This document shows positions 16,773 to 26,222 of a stretch of 48,574 nt of DNA, in pieces. Every line of letters begins with the position of its first letter. The stretch's first letter is position 1. The notes beneath the pieces were generated by a model. That model ran no database searches, was not told the DNA's origin, and saw nothing but the letters and a program-made list of their open reading frames with translations. The DNA lies in sequence record SRR22947725_605; one strand, given 5' to 3'. The position numbers and the translations under genes were made by a program.

Positions 16773-19544
16773 ATGAGATTATTTAGAGTAGACTTTAAAG
16801 ATAAAATAAGACCACCAATTCTTATCAGAGGCAAAACTAAAGCACAAGTAGCTCTCGACATGAAAGAGAAGTATGGTGAGTACATTGTAAGAGTAGATTA
16901 CATATCACACGAAGACGCTGAGTCCCAATTCGGTCATTTTGATTTGTTTAAAGAGGGTATTAATGTCAAGACAGCTGATATGGGTGATGTTGTAGATGAT
17001 TTTTACAAATCAGATGCTCCTCAATTTAAAGGTAAATCAAAAACAAAGAGAAGACAAATGGCAATAGCAGCAAAATTATCAGCAGATGAAGATAAGAAAG
17101 TGCCTTCAATGGCTAGTTTAGAAAACAAACCTAAGTTAAAAATACAACTTAAAAAAGCTACAAATGCATACGATAAGAATAAAGATGTGCTAGCTAAACA
17201 TGGTTTCAAAAGACCTTCAATGAACGAAAATGATAAATATGATAATGAATATAATGAGGAAATTAAAATGATTAAAGATCAATTTAAAAATCACATAGAT
17301 GAAATTTCTAAAGATAAAATATATAATTATTTAGATAAATCAGGTCAAGAACCAGGTCATAAAAAAGATATGGAATCAGCATCTTCAAAAAGAGATAAAG
17401 GTTTTGATATGGCTACTAAAAAAGTTATTGGTAAAGCTAAAGTAAATGCTACTGAATCTAATATTGATGAAATTTCTAAAGATATGAAAAGTAGATATAT
17501 TAAAAAAGCTGTTAGTAATTTAAAAGATAGAAGTTTTTCTCAAGGCATGGCTTATTCTAAACCTTTTGGAGGATCATCTCCAGAAGCTCAAAGAAATGAT
17601 ATTAAAATAGATAATAGAATGCAAGGTATAAAAAAAGCAGCTAAAGAAGATATAAATCAAGTTGATGAAATTTCTAAAAATACAGCTGCAAGCTATATTA
17701 GTAAAGCTTCTAGAGACGTTTATCATAAAGGTACAAACCAGGGACGAGCTGATGCAATAGCTGGTGCTGGAGGTTCTCATCCTGATCAAAATTATGATAC
17801 AGGACCTGAAAGAAAAGCAGCTAAAAGAGTTGGTGGTATTGATAAAGCTACTAAAAGATTAATGAAGAAAGAAACTTTTGCTCCTCCATATGCAGAATTT
17901 ATTACACCAGAGTCAGACTTGAATGAAGAAATGTATTTTAAAGTTAACATTTCAGGTCTTCCAGATATGTATATGACAGCATCATCAGCAGGTATGATTA
18001 AAGCTAAGCTTAGAAAGATGTTGAAGAATATGGATATGATAGGTGATATTGTTAAGACTCCTAAAGCAGATGTCAGAAAAGCTTTTAGAATGAAAGCTAT
18101 GGAAGGTGAAGAGTCAACAAATGAAGAAGCAATTGTTGAAAAACAAAGATTAGATCCAAATTGTTGGGATGGTTATAAGAAAGCAGGTACTAAAATGAAG
18201 GGTGGAATAAGAGTCAATAATTGTGTTCCAGAAGGTAAGGCTTATGGCCCTACTGGAGTAAGCTACTTTGTTCCTAAAGGACATAAAGACGAAGTAGATC
18301 CTAAAACAAAAGAGAAGTATCCTGAGAGACAAAAAGAAGATACAGTGAAAGAAGTTACAGCACGATCATCTGGATATGGTATAAGAAATAAAGTTTCAGA
18401 TATGCCAGGTGTAGATTATAGTTGGAGAGATAAGAATAAAGGTTCAATTGCATCTAAAGACGCTGTCAAAAGAGCTAATGCACAATCAGACGCAAAGCGA
18501 GCTGAGTATAGAAAAAAAATGGGTATGAAAGAAGACATTATAGATAACGTATCTAAATTTGGTCCTCCTAAAGAAGCTGAAGTGCAAGAGTCAAAAAAAA
18601 AAGTTGATGTAATTCAGCAAGTAAACTTTACTTCAATTCTTACTGGTGATAATCCTTTCTATAGATCACTTCCAGAAGATCATGGAACATATTCAGATAA
18701 TACTTATGCGGATGGTGATCATAAATTAAATTCACATCACTTAGACTCCGCTCACGCAATGCATAAAAAATCTAATCATGCTGGTGTAAAATTCCATACA
18801 GCTATGGGTGATGATGAACCGCATGCTGTGACTGTAAATAAAGGCAGCCCTGCTTTAAAAGATAAAAAGTTTATGGGTCATGTAAAAAAACTTACTAAAA
18901 TGAATGAAGGTCATGATGAGATTCAAGACAAGAATGCTGATGGTCTAGACGACAATCAAAAGCCTGAGGGTAGTAAAACTGCTAAACAGTTCCCTGCTCC
19001 TAAAGATGCAAAGAAAAAAATGAAAAATATGAAGATGGAATTTTTTAAACAGGACGAAGTATCAGATTATATGATAGAAAAGTCTAAGTTAAAAAAAGGT
19101 GACATGAAAATGAGAGGTGGGAAGCTAGAGCCTAAGGCAATGGCAGCTCTCAAGACAATGAGTCAGGATGAAGCTAAGGTACTGGTTCAGGGTCTACCCG
19201 CTAATTTAAGAAGATCAACTATGAAAGAACTTGGAATAAAAGAAGTAGTAGATGGTCGTACAACAGCATTTAAGACAACAGTTGAAAGACTTATAACAGC
19301 TAAGAATAAACCTGAGTTAGACGAAGCTGATATGACTGATGCACAAGTGCAATCTGCTAAGAAGGATGATAGTGCAATGGTTAAATCTGCTCAAAAGAAA
19401 GCTCGAGCTGATGTTATAAATTCAATGAATAAACCTAAAGTAAATGAGTTAAAGACTGATGATGATTTACCTAACTTAAAAGGTCTCAAAGAAGTTTCTG
19501 ATCATGAAAGAAAAAAAGCATATAATTCAGCTAAAGACTTATAG
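16773..19544 (+). CDS. 923-aa modular Lys-rich protein, putative processed internal head polyprotein
   Basis: Chain of 30-70 aa basic modules bounded by hydrophobic-x-E, including three DEISK modules and a CWDGYKK...NNCVPE module. Confidence 0.65.
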   Translation: MRLFRVDFKDKIRPPILIRGKTKAQVALDMKEKYGEYIVRVDYISHEDAESQFGHFDLFKEGINVKTADMGDVVDDFYKSDAPQFKGKSKTKRRQMAIAAKLSADEDKKVPSMASLENKPKLKIQLKKATNAYDKNKDVLAKHGFKRPSMNENDKYDNEYNEEIKMIKDQFKNHIDEISKDKIYNYLDKSGQEPGHKKDMESASSKRDKGFDMATKKVIGKAKVNATESNIDEISKDMKSRYIKKAVSNLKDRSFSQGMAYSKPFGGSSPEAQRNDIKIDNRMQGIKKAAKEDINQVDEISKNTAASYISKASRDVYHKGTNQGRADAIAGAGGSHPDQNYDTGPERKAAKRVGGIDKATKRLMKKETFAPPYAEFITPESDLNEEMYFKVNISGLPDMYMTASSAGMIKAKLRKMLKNMDMIGDIVKTPKADVRKAFRMKAMEGEESTNEEAIVEKQRLDPNCWDGYKKAGTKMKGGIRVNNCVPEGKAYGPTGVSYFVPKGHKDEVDPKTKEKYPERQKEDTVKEVTARSSGYGIRNKVSDMPGVDYSWRDKNKGSIASKDAVKRANAQSDAKRAEYRKKMGMKEDIIDNVSKFGPPKEAEVQESKKKVDVIQQVNFTSILTGDNPFYRSLPEDHGTYSDNTYADGDHKLNSHHLDSAHAMHKKSNHAGVKFHTAMGDDEPHAVTVNKGSPALKDKKFMGHVKKLTKMNEGHDEIQDKNADGLDDNQKPEGSKTAKQFPAPKDAKKKMKNMKMEFFKQDEVSDYMIEKSKLKKGDMKMRGGKLEPKAMAALKTMSQDEAKVLVQGLPANLRRSTMKELGIKEVVDGRTTAFKTTVERLITAKNKPELDEADMTDAQVQSAKKDDSAMVKSAQKKARADVINSMNKPKVNELKTDDDLPNLKGLKEVSDHERKKAYNSAKDL
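17232..17270 (+). promoter_or_regulatory. Internal late promoter (GATAAATA), RBS (GAGG) and in-frame ATG inside the 923-aa ORF
   Basis: GATAAATA at 17232, GAGGA at 17256, ATG at 17268 in frame (MIKDQFKNHIDE). Confidence 0.5.
17298..17678 (+). repeat. Three exact 15-bp repeats GATGAAATTTCTAAA (DEISK) at module junctions
   Basis: Copies at 17298, 17466 and 17664. Confidence 0.9.
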
Positions 19545-19561
19545 AAAAAATAATTAAACTT

Positions 19562-19572
19562 ACTATAACTAT
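19562..19572 (+). promoter_or_regulatory. Putative -10 element ACTATAACTAT at the head of the glycan island
   Basis: The same 11-mer occurs before gp43 (44819). TATAAC is 6 nt before the ATG in both. Confidence 0.55.
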
Positions 19573-19575
19573 ATT

Positions 19576-20430
19576 ATGAAAGTATCGCTCTTCACCGATT
19601 ACGGTGCCTTAAATAGCTCTCCTATATTCAAAGCTTTCGCAGAAGGTTGCAACGAAGAAGTTGTGTACAATGATATGGATGCTGATGTAGCAGTCATATG
19701 GTCTATTTTATTTTCTGGAAGAATGAGAAAAAATAAAGACGTATGGCAACATTTTACTAAACAAAATAAACCTATAATAGTAATAGAAGTTGGGAGTATA
19801 TTTAGAGACAAGACCTGGAGAGTAGGTATTGGAGGAATAAATAGAAGTGCAGAGTTTGCAAACAAAGATAATTTAGATAGAAAAAGAAAAGATAAATTTA
19901 ACCTAGCTATAAGACCTTATATAAAAAGTGGCGAATTTATAACGATAGCTACACAGCGTCAAGATTCACATCAGTGGTTTGGAATGCCTCCTACTGATGA
20001 ATGGATCAAGCAATGTGTAAAAGAAATTAATAAGTATACTGATAAACCTATAGTTATTAGACCACACCCTAGAGATAAGGTTACTAATTGGAATAAACTT
20101 GCTGACGAGTTGACTGGCAAAATATTTTACGATATGCCAGAGAGTACTGGTGTTGGTGATGCAGTAAACTTTAGAGACATTATGAGTAGATCATGGTGTG
20201 TCGTAAACTATAGTTCAGGACCTGCATTGGAGGCAGCTTTAAATGGAGTACATGTTTATACTGGGTCTGCTAGTTTTGCTTATCCTTTATCTATACGTGA
20301 TTGGAAGGATATCGAAAGTCCACCAAGAGTTGATCGTACTGACTGGCTTGATGAGTACGTACATACAGAGTGGTGGCCACAAGAAATTTCAGAAGGGATA
20401 CCATGGAACAGACTCCGACCCTATCTCTAA
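19576..20430 (+). CDS. Capsule-synthesis (KpsC/KpsS-like) GT-B glycosyltransferase, paralog 1
   Basis: TQRQDS, PIVIRPHP, VVNYSSGPALEAALNGVHV, EWWPQEI..G.PW. Confidence 0.7.
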   Translation: MKVSLFTDYGALNSSPIFKAFAEGCNEEVVYNDMDADVAVIWSILFSGRMRKNKDVWQHFTKQNKPIIVIEVGSIFRDKTWRVGIGGINRSAEFANKDNLDRKRKDKFNLAIRPYIKSGEFITIATQRQDSHQWFGMPPTDEWIKQCVKEINKYTDKPIVIRPHPRDKVTNWNKLADELTGKIFYDMPESTGVGDAVNFRDIMSRSWCVVNYSSGPALEAALNGVHVYTGSASFAYPLSIRDWKDIESPPRVDRTDWLDEYVHTEWWPQEISEGIPWNRLRPYL

Positions 20431-21212
20431 TACAACCAAGACCGTCTCCAAAGATGGAAAGGATATACCAAGCTCTAGAAGAAGGTTATCCAGGAGCAAA
20501 GATAAACGCTCATAATACTGACATGTATGTACTATGGGGTCTCATAGCTAACAACCCACAATATATGATTAAAGATAGATTTATCTTTTGTGATATGCCT
20601 TATCATGGAAGGTATGATCCTAATAATGAAGATTGGGATAACACATATTGGAGATGGTGCTTCAATGGTCTTCATGATAACAGAAAATTAAACGTACCTT
20701 CAGATAGATTCGATAAATGGGGACATGATATTGAATTTTTTGAGTATGTAGACTACCATGATAAAATTGTAATATGTCCTTCTAGTGAAACTATGACTCA
20801 ATATATGCATGGTAAGAGTGTAGATGTATGGATTAAAGATGTTACTGAAGCACTTAGGTGTTATACTAATAGACCAATTGAAGTAAGAAAAAAACCTAGA
20901 GGTAATGGTACTAGTGGACCTGCAGCAGCAGGTATAAATCAAATAAGTTTAGATTTAGCTAATGCACATGCTGTTGTTGTGAGTGGTAGTATTGTAGCTA
21001 TAGATGCTTTAAAAATAGGAGTTCCAGTTTTCAGTACTCATAGATGTGCACCATCTGCATGGTGTACTAATAGAGATTTTTCCAAGATAAATAAACCAGA
21101 ATACTATGATAGAGAAGAATTGTTTTATAATTTAGCCTATAAACAATACTCTATTAAAGAAATGCGCGAAGGTATATGTTATGAGAATTCAAATAGCTGG
21201 TTGCTCAATTAA
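20403..21212 (+). CDS. KpsC/KpsS-like glycosyltransferase, paralog 2
   Basis: IVICPSS, PIEVRKKP, VVVSGSIVAIDALKIGVPV, QYSIKEMREG. Start is 20403 or 20454. Confidence 0.65.
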   Translation: MEQTPTLSLIQPRPSPKMERIYQALEEGYPGAKINAHNTDMYVLWGLIANNPQYMIKDRFIFCDMPYHGRYDPNNEDWDNTYWRWCFNGLHDNRKLNVPSDRFDKWGHDIEFFEYVDYHDKIVICPSSETMTQYMHGKSVDVWIKDVTEALRCYTNRPIEVRKKPRGNGTSGPAAAGINQISLDLANAHAVVVSGSIVAIDALKIGVPVFSTHRCAPSAWCTNRDFSKINKPEYYDREELFYNLAYKQYSIKEMREGICYENSNSWLLN

Positions 21213-22140
21213 AGAGCAAAAACGAGTATTCGAGAATCCAATCTTTAATACATTTGCTGAGATAGAAACCTGTCTTATTAAAATGGGTCATACAGTCGAA
21301 GCAAAACCATTTTTAGGTCTAATGGATAAAGCAGACTTTTGTATCATGTTCGGTTCAGTAACGAATAGAAAAAGAGATACAACTAGAGCTATTTTCAAAG
21401 ATAAATTATTGCTTGCTAAAATTCCTACCTTTCATTTCGATACTGGATTGTTTTCTGTCTATGTCAGAAATAAAATTAAACAGAACGAAACTTGGATGTT
21501 TAGAATGGGTCTTAATGACTGTTGTGGTACAGGTGATTTTCTAAATGAAAATATGCCAGGTCAAAGATATAAGACATTCAAAAAATTATTTAACTTTACA
21601 GAAAAAGATCCTATAACAAATAAAGACGGTAGTATACTATTTTTACTTCAATCAGAAAAAGGATGGCAGTATAATGATAGTATACCTTTCTGGCAATATG
21701 CAAGGAATAAAGTTGAAGAAATTAGAAAAATTACAGATAGGCCTATTGTACTCAGAGCGCATCCGAACCCTGATAGAGAACGTCCAAATAAAATCGCAGA
21801 AGGTTTTAAAGACGTTACGATTGAATATGCTGATAGAGCGCGTAGAGAAGTCTTGGATAGTATCCGTGGCTCTTTCGCTGTTGTTACACATAGCTCTTCT
21901 GCTGCTGTTGAATCAATCGTTGAAGGTATCCCAACCTTTGCTTTAGATGAGAGATGTATTGCTTACAAAGCTTGTGAGCAAGATTTAACTTTATTAGAAT
22001 CTATTGATAAAGTTAACTGGGATAAAAGACAGCAACAGTTGTATAACTGGGCATATACTACATGGCATCTTAACGAATGGAAAGATGCTGGTATATGGGA
22101 TTATTATATTAAGAAAGGAAAAGCTCTTGGCCACTTTTAG
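21181..22140 (+). CDS. KpsC/KpsS-like glycosyltransferase, paralog 3
   Basis: ILFLLQ, PIVLRAHP, VVTHSSSAAVESIVEGIPT, WHLNEW. Confidence 0.7.
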   Translation: MRIQIAGCSIKEQKRVFENPIFNTFAEIETCLIKMGHTVEAKPFLGLMDKADFCIMFGSVTNRKRDTTRAIFKDKLLLAKIPTFHFDTGLFSVYVRNKIKQNETWMFRMGLNDCCGTGDFLNENMPGQRYKTFKKLFNFTEKDPITNKDGSILFLLQSEKGWQYNDSIPFWQYARNKVEEIRKITDRPIVLRAHPNPDRERPNKIAEGFKDVTIEYADRARREVLDSIRGSFAVVTHSSSAAVESIVEGIPTFALDERCIAYKACEQDLTLLESIDKVNWDKRQQQLYNWAYTTWHLNEWKDAGIWDYYIKKGKALGHF

Positions 22141-22924
22141 TTTTTGTACTACGTTTCACCAAGCAGGTTATGACAGGTACGCTAGAAATCATATTCATTA
22201 TTTTGATCAAGCTCTTCCTGAGGGTGTAAATCATTATGCTTATGCGCAAGAAACTAATGTAGATTTAGAACCTAAGAAGATAAAAATTTTAGATTTCGAT
22301 AAAGAAGTTACTGGGTATAAAGAATATAAAGAAAAATATGCAGGAAGAAAACCTGTTGATAAACAATATAAAAGTTTTGAATATGAGCATGTAAGATTTA
22401 GCCACAAAGTTTATGCTGTATTGTCTCACTATGAAAATAGAAAAGATGATGCTAGATATATTGGTTGGATAGATGGTGATGTTGTTCCTGTTAAAACTAT
22501 TCCATTAGAGTTCTTTCAAACATTAGTCAAAGAAGGATGCTTTATGTCTTTATTAGAAAGAGGCTATAAGTATGCTGAATGTGGTTTTATGATTTGGGAT
22601 ACTACATTACCTGAAACTAAAGAATACTTTAAACGTATAAGAGCTATGTATGATGAAGGACTTATGTTTGAAAAATATAATGACTTAGGTTGGCATGATA
22701 GTATTATATGGGATCATGAAATGAGAGAAATGAGAGAAGCTGGTACATGTAAAGCTTATGACTTATCTCAACCTGCTAAGAATGCTAAAGTAAAAATAGA
22801 TCAAACTCAAGTAAGAAAGATGCATCCTTTTGTAAAAGGTATATTAGGCGAGTATATGGATCATGTTAAAGGAAGAAGAAAAGACGTAGGTTTTTCTAAA
22901 GAAAGAGTACAAATATGGGGATAG
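22127..22924 (+). CDS. GT-A fold glycosyltransferase
   Basis: RFSHKVYA, WIDGD (DxD), ECGFM, WHDS, DHVKG.RK. TTG start after AAGGA. Confidence 0.7.
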   Translation: MATFSFCTTFHQAGYDRYARNHIHYFDQALPEGVNHYAYAQETNVDLEPKKIKILDFDKEVTGYKEYKEKYAGRKPVDKQYKSFEYEHVRFSHKVYAVLSHYENRKDDARYIGWIDGDVVPVKTIPLEFFQTLVKEGCFMSLLERGYKYAECGFMIWDTTLPETKEYFKRIRAMYDEGLMFEKYNDLGWHDSIIWDHEMREMREAGTCKAYDLSQPAKNAKVKIDQTQVRKMHPFVKGILGEYMDHVKGRRKDVGFSKERVQIWG

Positions 22925-23703
22925 ATTATGCATATTTAGATCCTAAAACGTCTAAGCAAGTAATGCTTAATATGCTTACTCAAGATAGAACTCAATACTT
23001 AATGTGTGAAGACAGAAAAGATTGGATACCTGCTTTTCCAGATGATATGGATAATTTATTTGTTACTGGAACATTAAGAGGTTGTGGAGCAGTATGTAGA
23101 GAGTCTGTAAGACAAGATAAAAATTGGTTTTATATGGATAATGGTTATGGTCCTTATTGGAAGAGAGTTACATTTAAAGGTACTGCACCTACTAGATTAT
23201 TAGATAGACCTAATGACAGAACACCACCGGAGCTAAGTGTGTTGCAACCTTGGAGAGAGAATAGATGGTCTGGAAAGAACATTCTTATTCTTCCTCCATC
23301 GTTACCATATATGGATGCTTTTGAAGAAGTAAATTGGGTTAATCAACTCATACATACAATGAATGCATATACAGATAGAAATTTTATAGTAAGACCTAAA
23401 CCCGCTAAGGGTAAGAAAGCTCCTTCTTGGGATGACCAATTAAGAAAAGCTTATTGTGTTGTTAGTTTCGGTTCTAACTTAGCAATTGATGCTATAATAA
23501 AAGGCGTTCCCACAATAAGTTATAAGTATTGTCCTGCGTTCTTTGCATCATTTAAAATGGAAGATTTAGAAACAAATATACTTAATGAAGAGCCAGACAG
23601 ACAAAAAATTATAAACAACTGCATGTATCATTCTTTTCATAAAGATGAATTTAGAAATGGTTTTGCTTGGGAAACTAGTATGGAGAATGCATATGGATCT
23701 TAA
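22915..23703 (+). CDS. KpsC/KpsS-like glycosyltransferase, paralog 4
   Basis: YMDNGY, ILILPPS, FIVRPKP, VVSFGSNLAIDAIIKGVP, FHKDEFRNG.AW. Confidence 0.65.
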   Translation: MGIDYAYLDPKTSKQVMLNMLTQDRTQYLMCEDRKDWIPAFPDDMDNLFVTGTLRGCGAVCRESVRQDKNWFYMDNGYGPYWKRVTFKGTAPTRLLDRPNDRTPPELSVLQPWRENRWSGKNILILPPSLPYMDAFEEVNWVNQLIHTMNAYTDRNFIVRPKPAKGKKAPSWDDQLRKAYCVVSFGSNLAIDAIIKGVPTISYKYCPAFFASFKMEDLETNILNEEPDRQKIINNCMYHSFHKDEFRNGFAWETSMENAYGS

Positions 23704-24367
23704 AGTTTTTATAGGTTGGGATAGTAGAGAAGATATAGCTTATCAAGTAGCTAGATATTCTATGCTCAAATATAATTCTCATATAGATATTAAACCGTTA
23801 AAGCTTTATGAGTTAAGGGATAAAGGAAGCTATTGGAGAGCTGGAGATAAAAAAGCATCTACAGAGTTTACTATAAGTAGATTCTTAGTACCTTTTTTAT
23901 CAGGTTACGAAGGTTATAGTATGTTCTGTGATTGTGATGTATTAGCAATGGGAGACGTACAGGAAATCATGAGAGAAATTAATACTGACGATGATAGAAA
24001 ACCTGTATGGTGTGTGCAACATGACTACACACCAGGAAGTGCTATGAAAATGGATGGTCAGATGCAACATATCTACCCTAGAAAAAACTGGTCGTCAGTT
24101 ATGGTATTTGATAATGAACTTTGTGAAAACTTGACTCCTGATTTAGTTAATGAAGAGACACCTATGTTCTTACATAGAATGAATTGGGCAGGTAATGGAG
24201 AAGAAGTAGGTTCGTTAGATAGTAAATGGAATAGTTTAGCAGGTTACTATGATGCTCCTCCTTCACTTATACATTATACTGACGGTGGACCTTGGTTCGA
24301 AAAATATAGAGACTGTCCTCATGCTAGAGAATGGCAAGCTACATTGAGAGAAATGTATGGATTATGA
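23693..24367 (+). CDS. GT8-like glycosyltransferase
   Basis: VFIGWDSREDIAY, STEFTISRFLVP, FCDCD, YPRKNWSS, IHYTDGGPW. Confidence 0.85.
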   Translation: MDLKVFIGWDSREDIAYQVARYSMLKYNSHIDIKPLKLYELRDKGSYWRAGDKKASTEFTISRFLVPFLSGYEGYSMFCDCDVLAMGDVQEIMREINTDDDRKPVWCVQHDYTPGSAMKMDGQMQHIYPRKNWSSVMVFDNELCENLTPDLVNEETPMFLHRMNWAGNGEEVGSLDSKWNSLAGYYDAPPSLIHYTDGGPWFEKYRDCPHAREWQATLREMYGL

Positions 24368-24379
24368 TTGGAATAACAG

Positions 24380-25021
24380 ATGAAAACATATGTAATTTAT
24401 TTACCTGAAGTACCTCATACAGTTAAGTCTGCAGAAGAAGCTAAAGTAGGGTGTAGTATTTTCAATATAGAAGCAAGGCTATTCCATGGTTATACACCTC
24501 AAAGAGCAGATGCAAAAATGGAAAGCTTAGGTATTAAACCTTTTAGCCCAGGTCCTAAACTATTTGATATTAAAAATAGTAAACCAGGAGTAAGAGGTTG
24601 TTTTATGTCGCACTTTAGCTTATGGCAAAGTTGTTTTGACAACGACGAAGTTACTTGTATATTTGAGCATGATGGAAGATTAATTAATGATATTCCAGAT
24701 GTAGAATTTGACGATGTATTGCAATTAGATCCATATAAAAACGTTTTGCCTCCAGAAGGTCCAAACGATAAACTAAAAGTAGTTGATGAGAAGTTTATGA
24801 GAAAAAGTTTTAATACCTTAAATGGAGCTCATGCTTATATTATTAAACCTCATGCAGCTAAAAAACTTATTGATGCAACTTTTAATCAAGGTTTTACGGC
24901 AGCTGATATGCATATATCAGATCGAACAGGAATCAGAATTCAAAGTATAAAACCAAGATGTGCTACTTTAGATTCTATTAATACAATTTCACTAACTAGT
25001 GATAGGGATTTTAATTTATGA
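24380..25021 (+). CDS. GT25 (Lex2B/LgtB-like) glycosyltransferase
   Basis: YVIYL, GCFMSHFSLW, IFEHD, GAHAYIIKP.AAKKL. Confidence 0.85.
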   Translation: MKTYVIYLPEVPHTVKSAEEAKVGCSIFNIEARLFHGYTPQRADAKMESLGIKPFSPGPKLFDIKNSKPGVRGCFMSHFSLWQSCFDNDEVTCIFEHDGRLINDIPDVEFDDVLQLDPYKNVLPPEGPNDKLKVVDEKFMRKSFNTLNGAHAYIIKPHAAKKLIDATFNQGFTAADMHISDRTGIRIQSIKPRCATLDSINTISLTSDRDFNL

Positions 25022-25782
25022 AAATAGGAATTATTTCAGGTGGTTTTGACCCAATACATTCAGGTCATATTGCCTATATTAAAGCAGCGAAACAACATTG
25101 TGATTTTCTCTTAGTAGGAGTTAATTCAGATGAATGGTTAAGTAGGAAAAAGACTAGACCTTTTATGCCTTTTGTAGAGAGAGTTAAAGTATTGAAAGCT
25201 CTCCATGATGTGAACTATGCTACTTCATTTAATGATGAAGATGACAGTGCATCAGATCTTATTGTAAGAGCAGCTGCTATGTTTCCAGACGGTCAATTAA
25301 TTTTTATGAACGGCGGAGATAGAACAAAGACTAATATACCAGAAATGGACGCTTCAAGTATTTCAGATTTTGATGTTGAATTTAAGTTTGGTGTAGGAGG
25401 AAGAACTAAGTTAAATGCTAGTTCTAAAATATTAGAAGATTGGAAAAAACCAATCATTAAAAGACCTTGGGGTTGGTATAGAGTGTTAGATGAACAAAAA
25501 GGATTCGCAGTTAAAGAATTAACTATTGAACCTGGTAAAAGCTTATCTGATCAGAAGCATGCTCATCGCTCGGAGCATTGGCATATCGTAGAAGGTGAAG
25601 TCACAATGACTTTTGAATATGCTAATGGTGATAAGATGGAAGATACTTTTCATCCTAAACAATCTTTTGATATACCGAGACTTACTTGGCATAAAGGCTA
25701 TAACAAGACTAATAAGGTAGCTAAAGTTATAGAAGTTTGGTTTGGAGATCAATTAACTGAAGAAGACATAGAGAGAAGATAA
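25018..25782 (+). CDS. HxGH cytidylyl/adenylyltransferase (RfaE/TagD-like) fused to a mannose-6-phosphate-isomerase-type cupin
   Basis: SGGFDPIHSGH, VGVNSD, NGGDR; C-terminal RPWG...SLSDQKH.HRSEHW. Confidence 0.88.
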   Translation: MKIGIISGGFDPIHSGHIAYIKAAKQHCDFLLVGVNSDEWLSRKKTRPFMPFVERVKVLKALHDVNYATSFNDEDDSASDLIVRAAAMFPDGQLIFMNGGDRTKTNIPEMDASSISDFDVEFKFGVGGRTKLNASSKILEDWKKPIIKRPWGWYRVLDEQKGFAVKELTIEPGKSLSDQKHAHRSEHWHIVEGEVTMTFEYANGDKMEDTFHPKQSFDIPRLTWHKGYNKTNKVAKVIEVWFGDQLTEEDIERR

Positions 25783-26222
25783 TGTACGAATATAGATGTG
25801 AATTAGTAAGAGTAGTAGACGGTGATACAGTAGACGTAGATATTGATTTAGGTTTTGGTGTATGGTTAAGAAAAGAAAGAATAAGATTATATGGAGTTGA
25901 TACTCCTGAAAGTAGAACTAGAGACAAAACTGAAAAGAAGTTTGGTAAAATAGCTTCTGAAGTTGTTCAAGAATATTTAGATAGAACTGATACTCTTATT
26001 TTAAGAACTGATCAATATGATGCAGTAGGTAAATTCGGACGTATTGTAGGACGATTATATAATAAGAAAGATACTACATCAATAAATGATTATCTTATTC
26101 AAAATAATTATGCTGCACCTTATTATGGTCAAAGCAAAGATGAAATAGCTGGTATTCATTTAGCTAATAGAGAAAAGCTATATGAAGCTGGTTTAGTCTC
26201 AAGGGATAGTGATGCTAAATAA
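25782..26222 (+). CDS. Thermonuclease (SNase-like) protein
   Basis: RVVDGDTVD, IRLYGVDTPE, GKFGRIVG. Confidence 0.9.
   Translation: MYEYRCELVRVVDGDTVDVDIDLGFGVWLRKERIRLYGVDTPESRTRDKTEKKFGKIASEVVQEYLDRTDTLILRTDQYDAVGKFGRIVGRLYNKKDTTSINDYLIQNNYAAPYYGQSKDEIAGIHLANREKLYEAGLVSRDSDAK

Noticed and set aside
17298-17900. Diversity-generating retroelement behind the DEISK repeats
   Set aside because: No reverse transcriptase in the window, and the repeat interiors differ at all bases and in length rather than only at adenines.
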